From: Raja brachyura
Lineage: Eukaryota
Reading direction: 5' to 3'
Assembly (NCBI GenBank): GCA_963514005.1
Contig: OY740783.1
Span: 56,048,001-56,112,000 of the forward strand
Length of the DNA stretch: 64,000 nt
This document shows, piece after piece, positions 35,873-48,107 of the stretch; positions within the stretch are counted from its first letter, which is position 1, and every line of letters starts with the position of its first letter. Position numbers and translations under genes: made by a program. Below the pieces are notes generated by a model. The model had not been told where the DNA came from and ran no database searches. It saw nothing but the letters and a program-made list of their open reading frames with translations.

Positions 35873-36614
35873 GTAAGTACATGAATGGCGTGAAACGTAC
35901 TTGGCTTTTGTGGCAGTATATGCTCTTTCTATGTCAGCATATTAGTGTTGCAAAATTAAATTTGGCACGGACTTGGTGTGCCGAAGGGCTTGTTTCCATG
36001 TTGTATCTCTAAACTAACCTTAAAACTAAAAGCATAGGGAGTGCAGAAAACTGAACCATTTAAGTGCCAATGTGGCACCGGTGAATTTTTTTTCAGGGAA
36101 CCACAGGAAGGAGAACTACTTGTTTAAAAGGAGGGTGGGAAATGAGGCCCGTGTATGGTGAAGAAAGAGGGACCAAGGTACCTGGTGTTGGAGAGAGTTG
36201 GGAATGAGTGCCTACTGAGCTAGATGTTGAACCACTGAGTGTCAAACAGCCAGACTGTGGGTTGTCACGGTTGTGCTGTTTTATTTATTCTGTGTTTAAA
36301 TCCACACACTTCGCACCCACTATTCTTTCTCCTTGGCAGTTTGTGCCGACTTTGAACAAGCCATGGGTTTTCTAGTTTTATTAAATGGGGACAGGAGTGG
36401 GACCCTTCACACCTGTGAACATTAAGCACAATGAGGGTGTGTGCATATCCATAAATGTGCCCATTTAATGAACTAACTTCTCCACCTCACAGAGCAAAAT
36501 AATCTGTCCAATGTTTTATTTTGGTCTTATCACATAGAATATGTCGTTAAGAGGGTACTTTTGCTGAATGTAATGTTGTTGCGTTTGAGGTTATCTCCTT
36601 TCTCTACTTGTCAG

Positions 36615-36758
36615 CATTGTAACGATGATACTCACCACTGCCAGTCAGACATGAACATAGTAGGAGCCTGGCGAAGAGGATTCACTGGCCGAAATGTGGT
36701 GATTACCATTCTGGATGATGGGATTGAGAGAAATCACCCTGACCTCCAGCAGAATTAT
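36615..36758 (+). CDS. PCSK5: PCSK5 coding exon (catalytic Asp; exon 4 by analogy), 144 bp, phase 0-0
   Basis: Acceptor tctctacttgtcag|CAT and donor TAT|gtatgt. Translates HCNDDTHHCQSDMNIVGAWRRGFTGRNVVITILDDGIERNHPDLQQNY, containing the subtilase ILDDG motif. Confidence 0.97.
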
Positions 36759-37453
36759 GTATGTTATTACTTTGTTCTCATACTCATTTAAAAAAGTGCT
36801 TAAAATGTTCTAACGTACCTTTTTAAATCATTTGAGTGCACTTTTAAAACATAATATACAAATGTGGAATTCATTGTTACTTGGAATTGCAACACTAAAG
36901 TTAAACCAAAACAAGATTGTTTGCAAGGTTTACAATTGTTGCTGCTCCTTTGTGGACCTTGAAACCATAATGTTGCTGCAATTGGAATTTGAACTCTCAC
37001 TCCACCTGGACTTGTGCTTTTGATGATTACAAACCTAGTTCGATGTAATTGGACTGTGTAATCTATTTGAGATAATAGATTTATTTTCCCTTGTTTTGAG
37101 GTCAATTGCCACTAAAATCACAGAGTGCAATTAGAGAACAGTTAAATAAGGAATTGGACCCTTCACTTGACCTTGGGATTTCTTCTTGGCCACGCCTTGA
37201 ATATTTAATGTTGGCAAGTCATCAAAAGTTCCAAACTCCATCCTTTATCGAACCATTTAAAAGGAATGTGTATATTGTTTTTATATTCCTTGGTTATAAA
37301 TAGAAGCTGCTAACCAAACATAACTTGTTTAGTCTAAATGACTTGCAAGCATTCACCTCCATGTGAACAAACACTTGTAATCACATTTCCTCACCATCTA
37401 ACAGCTCTGATAGCTTTCAACCACCTTATTCTGTACAATATAATATTAAATGT

Positions 37454-37652
37454 TGAAACAAGAAACTGCAAATGCTGGTTTACAAAAAATGGCGCTGGCG
37501 TGACTCGCTGGGTTGGGCAGCATCTCTGGAAAACATGGATAGATGGCCTTTAGAATCAGTCTAATGAAGGGTCCCAACCTGAAACATCACCTATCCATAT
37601 TCTCCAGAGATGCTGCCTGACCTGTTGAGATACTCCTGCACTTTGTCTTTTT
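37454..37652. repeat. Palindromic pair of Penelope terminal units
   Basis: Arms ggcagcatctctggaaaacatggatag and ctatccatattctccagagatgctgcc. Confidence 0.85.
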
Positions 37653-38450
37653 TAAATGGTAAATGTTGATGGTTTCTGCCTCAACTCAATGGTAGTGCTG
37701 AGCTCCATTTATATTCTATTCACCATGTTTTCTGTGTATCATAACTCTCACAATGGGAAGTACTGCTAAGAAATCTTCCAAAAATAAGTCAGTGCAGGAT
37801 GGAATGATTAGAATATAAAAATATACAAAAAAATGGGTTAGTTGTGTTTTGCTCTATTGAAAAAAACATAGACAACATAGGCTGCTCCATCTAATCCTTT
37901 GGCACACCTCTACACTTATAAAATGCAGGACATAGGAAATGAGCATGAATTGAAGAAATTAGCCATTCCATTCTTTTCATTGCAATTATCCAACTGCAAG
38001 TATTCGGTTTGTACTCCTGGTACCTTCAGGATCTTAGGCACATCCCATTATGTTAACAAATTACTTGTCCGACAATGACATGTTGATGAAAATAGCCCGT
38101 TGACCAGTCATTAGTGTAAAGAGAAAAGGTGTAAGAGGGAAGCTTGAGCGTGTAATTTTCCACATGACCAATGCACAAAGTTGCAAACTGAAAGCATTTT
38201 AACATGTCTCCTGTTCAGTTTCCTATATTCAAACTTTTTTCTTGCTGCTTTTATGTTTCTATTAAATTGCTGTTTTTCACTTATTTATCGATAATGATAC
38301 CGGCTGCTGAAATATGTTAACTAAAGATGTTTGGAAGCCTTCCAGTATTTTCAATGATCTTGGAAATAATTCTGTGAATCAAACAGTTGGCATGATTCGG
38401 AGCTCAATAGGTTATGCAAGGAGGATGGAGAGGGTGATATTAAAAAATAT

Positions 38451-38545
38451 CTGACGACGGGTCTCAACCCGAAATGTCGCCTATTCCTTTTCTTCAGAGA
38501 TGCTGTCTGACCCGCTGAGTTACTCCAGCATTTTGTGTCTATCTT
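38451..38545 (+). ncRNA. Penelope terminal unit with hammerhead-like core (38451-38478), sense to the PCSK5 intron
   Basis: CTGACGA-C-GGGT-ctca-ACCC-GAAA-T-GTC, followed by the family tail gagatgctgtctgacccgctgagttactccagc. Stem I is poorly formed. Confidence 0.5.
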
Positions 38546-38688
38546 TAGGTGATATTGACACATGGTTCCCTTCTGTTCTTGTGGCTAAGTTGAATCATTT
38601 ATGTATGGAAAACCTTTTAAGAATGCATGAATTGGATGGTGTGTTTATTTATTAATGAGGTTGTGTGATTTTTCTCCTCTTGCTGAAG

Positions 38689-38765
38689 GATCAAATGGCC
38701 AGCTTTGATGTCAATGGAAATGACTGGGATCCCATGCCTCGATATGATATCAGCAACGAGAATAA
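38689..38765 (+). CDS. PCSK5: PCSK5 coding exon (exon 5 by analogy), 77 bp, phase 0-2
   Basis: Acceptor tttctcctcttgctgaag|GAT and donor AATAA|gtaagg. Translates DQMASFDVNGNDWDPMPRYDISNEN(K). It is too short for the ORF track. The expected next exon (HGTRCAGEV) was not found downstream. Confidence 0.95.
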
Positions 38766-39924
38766 GTAAGGGAAATATCTATTTCAGTTCAGGCACCTCA
38801 AGCACTTTAAGATAAAATTAGTTTGATGATGAGCTTTTTCTATTTCACATTATTATTTATATTTATCATTGCTTTTCTTTTATAATACTGAAAGGAAATG
38901 ACATGCTGCCCCCCCACTTATTCCACCCTGACAAACTGTTGGTTGCATGACATGAAATCTCTTGCAAATTTTGAACCCTTTTGAGACTGTCACATAATTG
39001 CATTAGTAAGAGCACATTGGTTCGAATAATCAGAATAATTTTTGCTTATTTACTCTAAGATGTAAAATTTGGCACCCAGCAACAGTCACCATGTTAAGAA
39101 ATTAAATGTAGCCAGAAAATTATGTGCAGTGTAAGCCAAAATGTCTGACATTTGATTCTGGCCAGTAAGGTTTGCTTCCATAAGTAAACAGAACATAATG
39201 CCCATTATTAGGCAATACATGTATTTCACTGGCAGAATAATATTCTTCTTATCGAGTCCACACATACGATTAGTTGTTCAGCCAGAGCTGAACACACTTC
39301 TCAGCATCTGCATGCAATGACGTCTGTCTTGCGCTTCCTGTGCGTGGCGGTGGAAAGATTGGGGGAAACAGGGCCGCGACATGAATGCTCTTTCCTTGAC
39401 CCCAGAATAATATTGCAATTTACATTAATAAATCTGTCCATATGCACATCCTCAAAGTAAAGAAGTTTCAAACATTTTCCATTGCTAAAAATGTTTCAGT
39501 AGCTGAAAATTTAATATCTAATGTTGCTCAAATATAGCCTTAAGAGGCTTCTTAATGTAGCATTTTATAGTTCAGGATGTTGTGTCTCAAAATTTGTTGC
39601 AAAATTTACGCATCAAAATCTTCCGTCTAACAGTAAACATGTAGATCCATCTAACACTAGGCTTGTATGTCTGACACCAGTATGGGGAAACTAGATTTGG
39701 CAAAACAGTCAGAAGCTGAAGAACTGATGCTAATTTTCTCAATTCAAAGTAGATTGTTAAAAGCACTGTTGGTTCATGTTGATTTCATCAACGTTGACAT
39801 TGACATTGAAATACGTTTTAATGTTATTATGGCTAAATAATACATGCTGGTTGGATAAAGAAACTCTTCCCAAACTTCCATTTGATATTGGGAGGCAGTG
39901 ATAAGAGGATCACAGAGCTTTTAA

Positions 39925-40605
39925 GGTCATAAGTGGTAGGAATAGAATTGGGCCATCCGGCCCATCAAGACTACTCTGCCATTCAATCATGGCTGATCTA
40001 TCTCTCCTTTAATTCTGAGGCTGTGACCTCTAGTCCTAGATGTCCACTAGATTCCCACTAGTGGAAATGTCCTTTCCACATCCACTCTATCCAAGCATTT
40101 CACTATATTGTATGTTGCAATTAAGTCCCCCCTCATTCTTCTAAACTCTTGTTTACCTTGGGCTTGTCGGTTAATTGGCCATTGTCAATTGCTCCGTGTG
40201 TTGACAAACGGGTAACATCTGAAGATGATGGGAATGGGGGTGTGGAGAAGGGTGAATACATTGTGTGGAGAATGGTTTTGAGTTCTGAGCTGGCATTGAC
40301 TCGGGGGCCAAAATGGCCTCTTCCCGATAGACAATAGGTGCAGGAATAGGCCATTTGGCCCTTCGAGCCAGCACCGCCATTCAATGTGATCATGGCTGAT
40401 CATCCCCAATCAGTACCCCATTCCTGCCTTCTCCCCTTATCCCCTGAATCCACTATCTTTAAGAGCCCTATCTAGCTCTCTGGAAAGTATCCAGAGAACC
40501 AGCCTCCACCGCCCTCTGAGGGAGAGAATTCCACAGACTCGCAACTCTGTGAGAAAAAGTGTTTCCACGTCTCCGTTCTAAATGGCTTGCCCCTTATTCT
40601 TAAAC
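39925..40605 (-). mobile_element. Two CR1 3' fragments (39925-40150 and 40325-40605)
   Basis: Reverse-complement tails ggccatccggcccatcaag and aataggtgcaggaataggccatttggccc with adjoining ORF2 end. Confidence 0.85.
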
Positions 40606-40809
40606 ATCATAGGAAAAAAGGGAAATCTTGGGTGGAATGAAAGATGGTTATCCACTACCAGATTAAAAAAAACTGGAGCTGCTTATGTGATTCAAATGGA
40701 ACAAATCTTATCATTAAGATCTTTGACAGCATGCACACACACATTCCATTTCACTGCAGGAGATGCCACAGTCCCTTGAGTGATTAAGATACCAGCTGGC
40801 CTGACTGAA

Positions 40810-41240
40810 GTATGTGTGAATGTGCCTTTTCCTCTTTGATGAGATTTATAAGAACATATGCAAGTGACGAAGGCATATAGATAGGGGTAAGCAAGTGAGA
40901 AGGGACCTAATAAATGGAGTATAGCAAGGGAAATGTGAACTTGTTCGATGTGGTGGGACCACATTTGACTAGTGAGGGATTCCACATTGCTGGGATGTGA
41001 GTGAACTGGATGTCACTGTCCATTTCATCAAAGATCAGCTTGCTGGTAATTTAGAAATCTAATAGTATGCTAGCCTTTACTGCTGATGAAATTGGATTAC
41101 AAAAGTGTGCTTGGGTTATGCTTCAACTACATTGGGCAGTGAAAACTGTACAGTATTGGTCTCATTAATTGAATGTTAATGTTTTGGAAGCAGTTCAGAA
41201 AAGACTTGTTGAACCAATGGAATGGACAGGTTGTCATACG
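40810..41240 (+). mobile_element. Old CR1 RT fragment
   Basis: Decayed WQM.F and LEAVQKR (ttggaagcagttcagaaaag) segments. Confidence 0.55.
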
Positions 41241-43419
41241 GATCAATCTGAAACGTCACCTATCTGATTTCCCCAGAGATGCCACCTGACCCAGAATTAT
41301 TCCAGCACGTTGTATTTTAAAAAATACAGCATTTGCACTTCTTTGTGCCTACATTACATTTATTGTTTGTTTTCTGTTCGATAGACATTCTTCAAATTCT
41401 ATTTGATTCTTCATGGCTATACAACTACAGCCAATTGTTTAATTTGGATAGTGGTCAGTTATTGGATGGTGTAATATTAAACTATGCAATGTGCATTTGT
41501 GAAAATAGAAGAAAAATAACAAAGACCCTGGTGGTGTTGTGTGAGGGTGTCTAGCAAAATTCTAAATGTTTAACTAGCTGGAGCAGCTTTAGATTTGCTG
41601 CGACTTCCAGCAGCTGCATAGTAATTGAGGGTTTTGAGCTGGCAGCTTTGATGTACTCTATGGCTGGCCTTGTTCTTCAATTAAAGGCCTGTGACTTGGT
41701 CTCCTGCTTACAACATTTTGCTTGTGCCTAGTTATACACTGAGGGGATAAGAAAATAAGGCCAGGGTACCAAGCAACAAGTTAAGAAAATAAATTTGTCA
41801 AAACATCTGCACTAGCAAAATATTTATCACTTAAGTTTGTCATTTGCTTTCAGCAACTTAGCTGCAAGGGAGAGCATCACACTCTTGCCTTTCTCTAATC
41901 CTCAGGAATAAGAAGGGCTTGACCTTGTTTACTGTAAGTGTATTTCCTTGTAAATTAAGTGATTAAGTAACAACAGTTGTAGCCAGCTAATGCAGTTTCT
42001 CACTGCAGAAGATATGTTTCTTGGCCATTTCATGTTGGCTTTGGAGAAAAATAAATGAAGGAATTTTACACACAGATGCAGAACAGTTGCCCAGTGCAGT
42101 TTGTTCCGCATAAGCTTCTACTCGCATGTTATCCTTCAGATTGCTTTCTAATACAAGTTGTTCCCAGGTTACAGCAGGATTCCATTCCTGAGAATGGTTT
42201 ATAACTCGGAACAGTCCATGCAGCTGCAGCAAAGTTCCCACCTGACAGAAGGTGCCACCAGCCCTGTGGCAGACGGCAAATCCATACCACCAGCCTCACT
42301 CGTATTTACATAGGTCGACTCTTCATATTCTGGGGAGTCCTTTAGTTTAGTTCAGCTTATTGTCACATGCACTAAAGCTTTTCACTATACGTGAATAAAA
42401 TAAACTAGGGAGCCTATATATGTTCCTTTCCAGATTTCTTTGAGTACAATTCTTGAATTTAATCTCTGAATATATTAGTGATAATCTTGTCCAAAGAGCA
42501 TCTCTCCAGCCTTTCTATTCGCAGGCTTATGAAATGTCTTTAATCTCCATATCTGGTTGCTTCAATGTCCCTCCATGTTACAAGATGGTGGCAGTGACCA
42601 ATGATTGAAACAAACTAGAAAATTATTTGCTTTGGTTTGGTTTTGGTCATTTTGGTTATGTTTTTGCATAAATGTCCTAAAAGACATTTAGCAATAGATT
42701 GATGTTCAAAAAGCAGTTTTAAATTGAAATATTGTCATTTTGTGTGGGTTTTATTCAAGAGAGGGCGAGATCTGCATAGTAAATATTTAAGTTTTGTTAA
42801 TCATCACATATTGAATATTAATATTGGAGACTCAAATGTTTCAAATATGTTTCAGATCAGTGACATTTTTATTGATACATAGCTATTTTGTCTTAAAGCT
42901 GAGATCTTCTGGTGGAGGAGAGTGCATGTACTGACATGACAATTGGGCAATGTGTAACTTAGTGAAAATCCCAAAAATGTAAGTGCTAGAAAACTGAAAT
43001 GAAAACAGAATTCTAGAAATAGTCAGCCGAGAGACTGCATTTGTGGAGGGGGGGGGAATATATTATTGCTAAATGACTCTTTTACTTTCCTCCTTGGAAT
43101 GTAGTAAAAGGATTTGGAAACCAAAGTTGAGCAGAGACCTTCAATTAAATTTAAAAAAAATCAGGTTGGCAAAGCTTTGTTTCTTAGGCTGCCTTTAGGA
43201 TAGATGTGATTTTATTGGATCTGAAAGTAATTGGAACAATCTGCTTTTAAAAAAATAAAGCAGCCTATATCTAGATTGACAAAGGAAATTTGACAATTAC
43301 AAGTTCCTCTTTAAGTTAGTGGTTTTAATGTTTTTTTTAAATATTCGGTTTTATACAAATTCTAATCCAGTGTTTGCAGACATCTATTCTTGATATTTTT
43401 CTGCATTGCTTTATCACAT

Positions 43420-45640
43420 TAAAGTTCAAGTGTGTCCCTGATAGGACAATGAAATTCTTACTTTGTTTCGGCACACAGAACATAGTAGGCATTTACTACA
43501 ATACAGGTCAGTGTGTCCATATATCATTATATAAATACATACACACATTAATAAATAAACTGATAAAGTGCAAATAACAGACAATGGGTTATTAATGATC
43601 ATAGTTTTGTCCGGGCCAGGTTTAATAGCCTGATGGCTGTGGGGAAGTAGCTATTCCTGAACCTGGTCGTTGCAGTCTTCGGTCTTCTGTACCTTCTACC
43701 TGAAGGTAGCAGGGAGATGAGTGTGTGGCCAGGATGGTGTGGGTCCTTGATGATGCTCACAGCCTTTTTGAGGCAGCGACTGCGATAAAACCCCTCGATG
43801 GAGGTAAGGTCACAGCCGATGATGGACTGGGCAGTGTTTACTACTTTTTGAAGTCTTTTCCTCTCCAGGGCGCTCAAGTTGCCAAACCAAGCCACAATGC
43901 AACGAGTCAGCATGCTCTCTATGATGCACCGTAGAAGTTAGAGTCCTCATTGACAAACCGACTCTCCGTAATCTTATCAGGAAGTAGAGGCGCTGATGTG
44001 CATTCTTGATAATTGCATTAGTGTTCTCGGACCAGGAAAGACCTTCAGAGATGTGCACTCCCAGGAATTTGAAGCTCTTGACCCTTTCAACCATTGACCC
44101 TTTGATATAAACGGGACTAGGTCCCCGTCCTACTCCTTCCAAGGGCCAGGTTATTGTGCTGGCGCCATAAGGGCAGTTGCTCGATCTCTCTTTTATACTC
44201 GGACTCATCCCCATCAGTGATACATCCCACAACAGTGGTGTCGTCAGCGAACTTGATGATGGGGTTCGCGCTATGACCGGCTACGCAGTCATGAGTATAG
44301 AGTGAGTACAGCAGGGGGCTGAGCACGCAGCCTTGAGGTGCTCCCGTGCTGATTGTTATCGAGGCTGACGCATTTCCACCAATACGAATGGACTGTGGTC
44401 TGTGAATGAGGAAGTCGAAGATCCAATTGCAGAGGGATGCGCAGAGACCCAGTTCTGAGAGTTTGGTAACCAGCTTGGAGGGGATGATTGTGTTAAATGC
44501 TGAGCTGTAATCGATAAATAACAGCCTGACATACGAGTTTTTTTTTGTCCAAGTGGTCCAGAGCAGAGTGGAGGGCCAGCGAGATCACTTCCACCGTTGA
44601 TCTGTTGTGGCGGTAAATGAACTGCAGTGGGTCCAGGCTTTTGTCGGGGTAGGAGTTGATTTGCTCCATGATCAACCTCTCAAAGCACTTCACCACAGGC
44701 GTTAGTACCACTGGTCGATAGTCATTGAGGCACGTCACCTTACTCTTCTTGGGCACTGGTATAATTGATGCCCTTTTAAAGCAGGTGGGGACCTCAGAAG
44801 TGGGAGGTTGAAAATGTCCCTAAAAACTCCAGCCAGCCGCACAGGTTTTTAGAACACGACCAGGTATACCATCACGTCCAGGCGCTTTTCGAGGGTTCAC
44901 CCCTCTGAAGGATTTCCTGACATCGGCCTCTGACTGAAATACCATCACAGCGAATGGGGGCTCGGGAAGGCACATCAGTGTTTTCCCTATCAAAACGTGC
45001 ATAAAATGCATTGAGCTCGTCAGGGAGTGATGTTTCGCCGCCATTCGAGCTGCCTCCTGGTTTCGCCTTTTGGGAGGTGATAGCATTCAGGCCCCGCTCA
45101 GCTGCAGAACATCTGTCCAGTTTGGAGCAGAAGTCCCTTTTGGCCTTTTTGATGGCCTTACCAAGGTCGTATCTGGACTTGTAGTCCACTGTATCATCAG
45201 ACTGTATCATCAGCTCGGTGTCTGGACATCAGAAGAGTGCGTATCTCAAAGTTCATCCAAGGTTTCTGATTGGGAAACACTCAGAAGGTTTTTGTAGGGA
45301 TGCAGTCCTCCACACATTTCATTATAAAGTCTGTAATGACTGTGGCATATTCGTTCAAGTTCGTTGCTGAGTCCTTGAACATTTCCCAGTCTGCAGACTC
45401 CAAACAGTCCTGGAGTGTTCCTCTGCCCTCTCCCCCCCCCGACCAGCTCTGTACTGTCCTCACCTCTGGGAGTGCGCTCTTCAATTGCTTCCTGTAGGCA
45501 GGGAGAAGCAGCACCGCGGTATGCTTGGATTTACCGAAGTGAGGGCGAGGGTTAGAGCGATAGGCATTCTTGATGGTGGTGCAGCGGTGGTTGAGGGCGT
45601 TTGGTCCTCTGGTGCAGCAGGAGACATGTTGGTGAAACTC
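43420..45640 (-). mobile_element. Rex1/Babar LINE, ~2.2 kb, 5'-truncated (endonuclease C-terminus plus RT), frameshifted
   Basis: QHVSCCTRG...PHFGKSKH (APE end), [43 protein letters not shown]...[22 protein letters not shown]...PSGRRYR. Confidence 0.95.
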
Positions 45641-45721
45641 TTGCGTCACATCTTTTAAACTGGAATTGTACTAATTTTTTTTTTCTTGAAAGGATTCAAC
45701 AAAATTTTTTAAAATGGTCTT

Positions 45722-45845
45722 ATGTTGCCATAAGTGATAGGAATAGAATTAGGCCATTCGGCCCATTAAGTCTACTCCAGCCATTCAATCATGGCTGACC
45801 TATCTCTCCCTCCCAACGCCATTCTCCTGCCTTCTCCCCATAACC
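45722..45845 (-). mobile_element. CR1 3' tail (further short minus-strand tails at 46738-46875 and 52820-52955)
   Basis: aggccattcggcccattaagtctactccagccattcaatcatggctga. Confidence 0.85.
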
Positions 45846-47649
45846 TGTCAATTGATTGCTTGGGGGAAAAAATAAATTATTTTGCAAATATGTTTGAGTC
45901 TTTGTGGTGCTTAGTAATTTGAACCTAAAGTGAACAATCAATTTGGCGAGAATTCCTTTCACCAACCTAACCCAGAACCCTGGAAACAAAACATTATAGA
46001 AGGAGATGTGGAAATATTATAGCAGCTGGATGCCTCCAGGTAATAGTCAATGCAGGGGAAATGCTGGTATTCTGCATTTCAAGGACACGGCTGTACATGG
46101 TGTAAATTCAGATTTTAGTGAAATAACCCATTTACTTTAGATTGGTTACCAGTCTGGCACTGATCCCTTTTATCTGCCCTTATGCAATACTATGAACTCT
46201 GTAAATATTTATCTGCATTCTAACATATGTTGAATGTGCATATTGAAGGTAATCATCGAGGAAGTCACTTGCTGAATCTCTTACTAAGTTCAGGCTATTA
46301 AAGGAATGCATTGATTTGGCAGATGGCTATTTATGATTGATGTTGGGATTCTGGAAGGATGCACTGTCGCTGGAGCCTGAAATGTGGGTTAATTTGGTTC
46401 TTTTGTGCATACCTGGAGGGAGAGCTGACTGACACATTTACAAGTTAACTAGTGCTTTTGGAAATGTTCTTGTGCCCTGCTTTGCACTTAAAAAAACAAT
46501 CCCACTACTTAACATTGGTTTCCAGATTACATGGGCTTGGATTAGCTGTGGACGTGGTCAAAGTAGCGAAGGGCAAACCAGGGCGGAGTCATTTCCACTC
46601 TTCAACTCCTGACCTGGACTCTACCCCACCGAACCCCAACAACAATTTAATATGTTTATATTAAATGCCACACGCATTAAATGATGTGCCCATCCAAAAA
46701 TAATCAAATTTCTGCTTGGACCTTTGGTTAAATCTAGAATCATAGAAAATAGATGCAGGAGTGGGCGATTCGGCCCTTCGAGCCTGCACCGCCATTCAGT
46801 ATGATCATGGCTGATCATCTAACTCGGTATCCTGTACCTGCCTTCTCTCCATACGCCCTGATCCCTTTAGCCGCAATCTTGGGTAAGAGGCTGAAAATGA
46901 AAGAAATATTAAGGAAGGAATTCTGCTGATCTCTCATCTTCTCTGCTTGCTAGTCTTTGACTGGTAATGTAATGTAACAGAGTCATTGAGCACTGTTTGA
47001 AGAATTGAATCTACTCAACATCTAAAGTCTTATATGTGGTGTGGGGGTGGAAATGCTCCATATTTTCATTACTACTTATTTTTAAAAAAGCATTTCCTCT
47101 TTTTAGTTCCGAAAGGCCAAGTGTTACACATGAGTGGTTATCCCCTATCAAATTCCTTTTACAATTGTAACTAATTTAATTAGATAAATTGTAAAGCGAT
47201 TTTGTTCAGCCTCTATGCCAGATCTTTCCCAACACCAACATATCCATTTTGGTTGTAAAAAGCTCCAGATGGAATCTGACCAATATGAAGTAGAATTTGA
47301 AACATCACTTCCTGCCTTTAAGATAATGTGCCCACCACCAGATTTTTCTTTCCCTTGATGCAGCTAGATTTCTGGTAATTTTTAATTAAAATTTCCTTTA
47401 TCTTTTAATCAGCTAGGTGTTGCCAGTTATCATTTGCACGAAGGTCATTTGGTGTGTTTGCGCGTAGTTCTGTCCAACAACTTGCCTTGTTATTAGATTA
47501 ACGAATATTTCCTTGTTTGATGTTCCTGTCTCTGTAGCTGTTAAGTAGAATCTGTCAAAACACTGGCGGTATCCAAGGACCACCTTAACAGTATAGTATG
47601 ACTGGTTAGTACGCAAACAAACCTTTTCATGGAATCTCAGTACATGTAA

Positions 47650-48105
47650 TCATTAACCAATAATACCAATTTGGAACTTAAGGTCAAATATGCATCGGGG
47701 AAAGATTGGCGTTGTCATTTTCAAGCAATATTATTACGTGTTGAACATCCATGTGCTCCAAATCTATTCGGTGCAGTTTTCCCAAGAGAGATTGCGAGAG
47801 CATTGATGTACAGAGGGAACTTGGGTCCAAGTCCACAGCTCCCTGGAAGTGGCAACACAAGCAGATAGTGGTAAAGCAGGCATATGATATGCATGCTTTC
47901 ATGAGTATGAATATCACAAAGTCGTTTTACATCATTATAGGACTTTGGTTAGCCTGCATTTGTAATATTGTGTACAGTTCTGGTTGACCATTACAGAAAG
48001 GATAGGGAGCCTTTGGAGAGGGTGCAGAAGGTTTACGAGAATGCTGGTTGGATTAGAAGGAAGGAGAGGTTGAACAAACTTAGATTGTTTTTTCTGCATT
48101 GTCAG
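47650..48105 (+). mobile_element. Old CR1 RT fragment abutting the young CR1 tail-to-tail
   Basis: ttggagagggtgcagaaggtttacgagaatg (LERVQ.RF) and aggttgaacaaacttagattg. Confidence 0.7.
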
Positions 48106-48107
48106 AT

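Noticed and set aside
10724-38765. Assignment to PCSK6 (PACE4) or furin
   Set aside because: Diagnostic residues (ISMEPK, VEWIQQQVVK, DPKWPSMWY, CQSDMNI, DPMPRYD) fit PCSK5 as I recall the paralogues.
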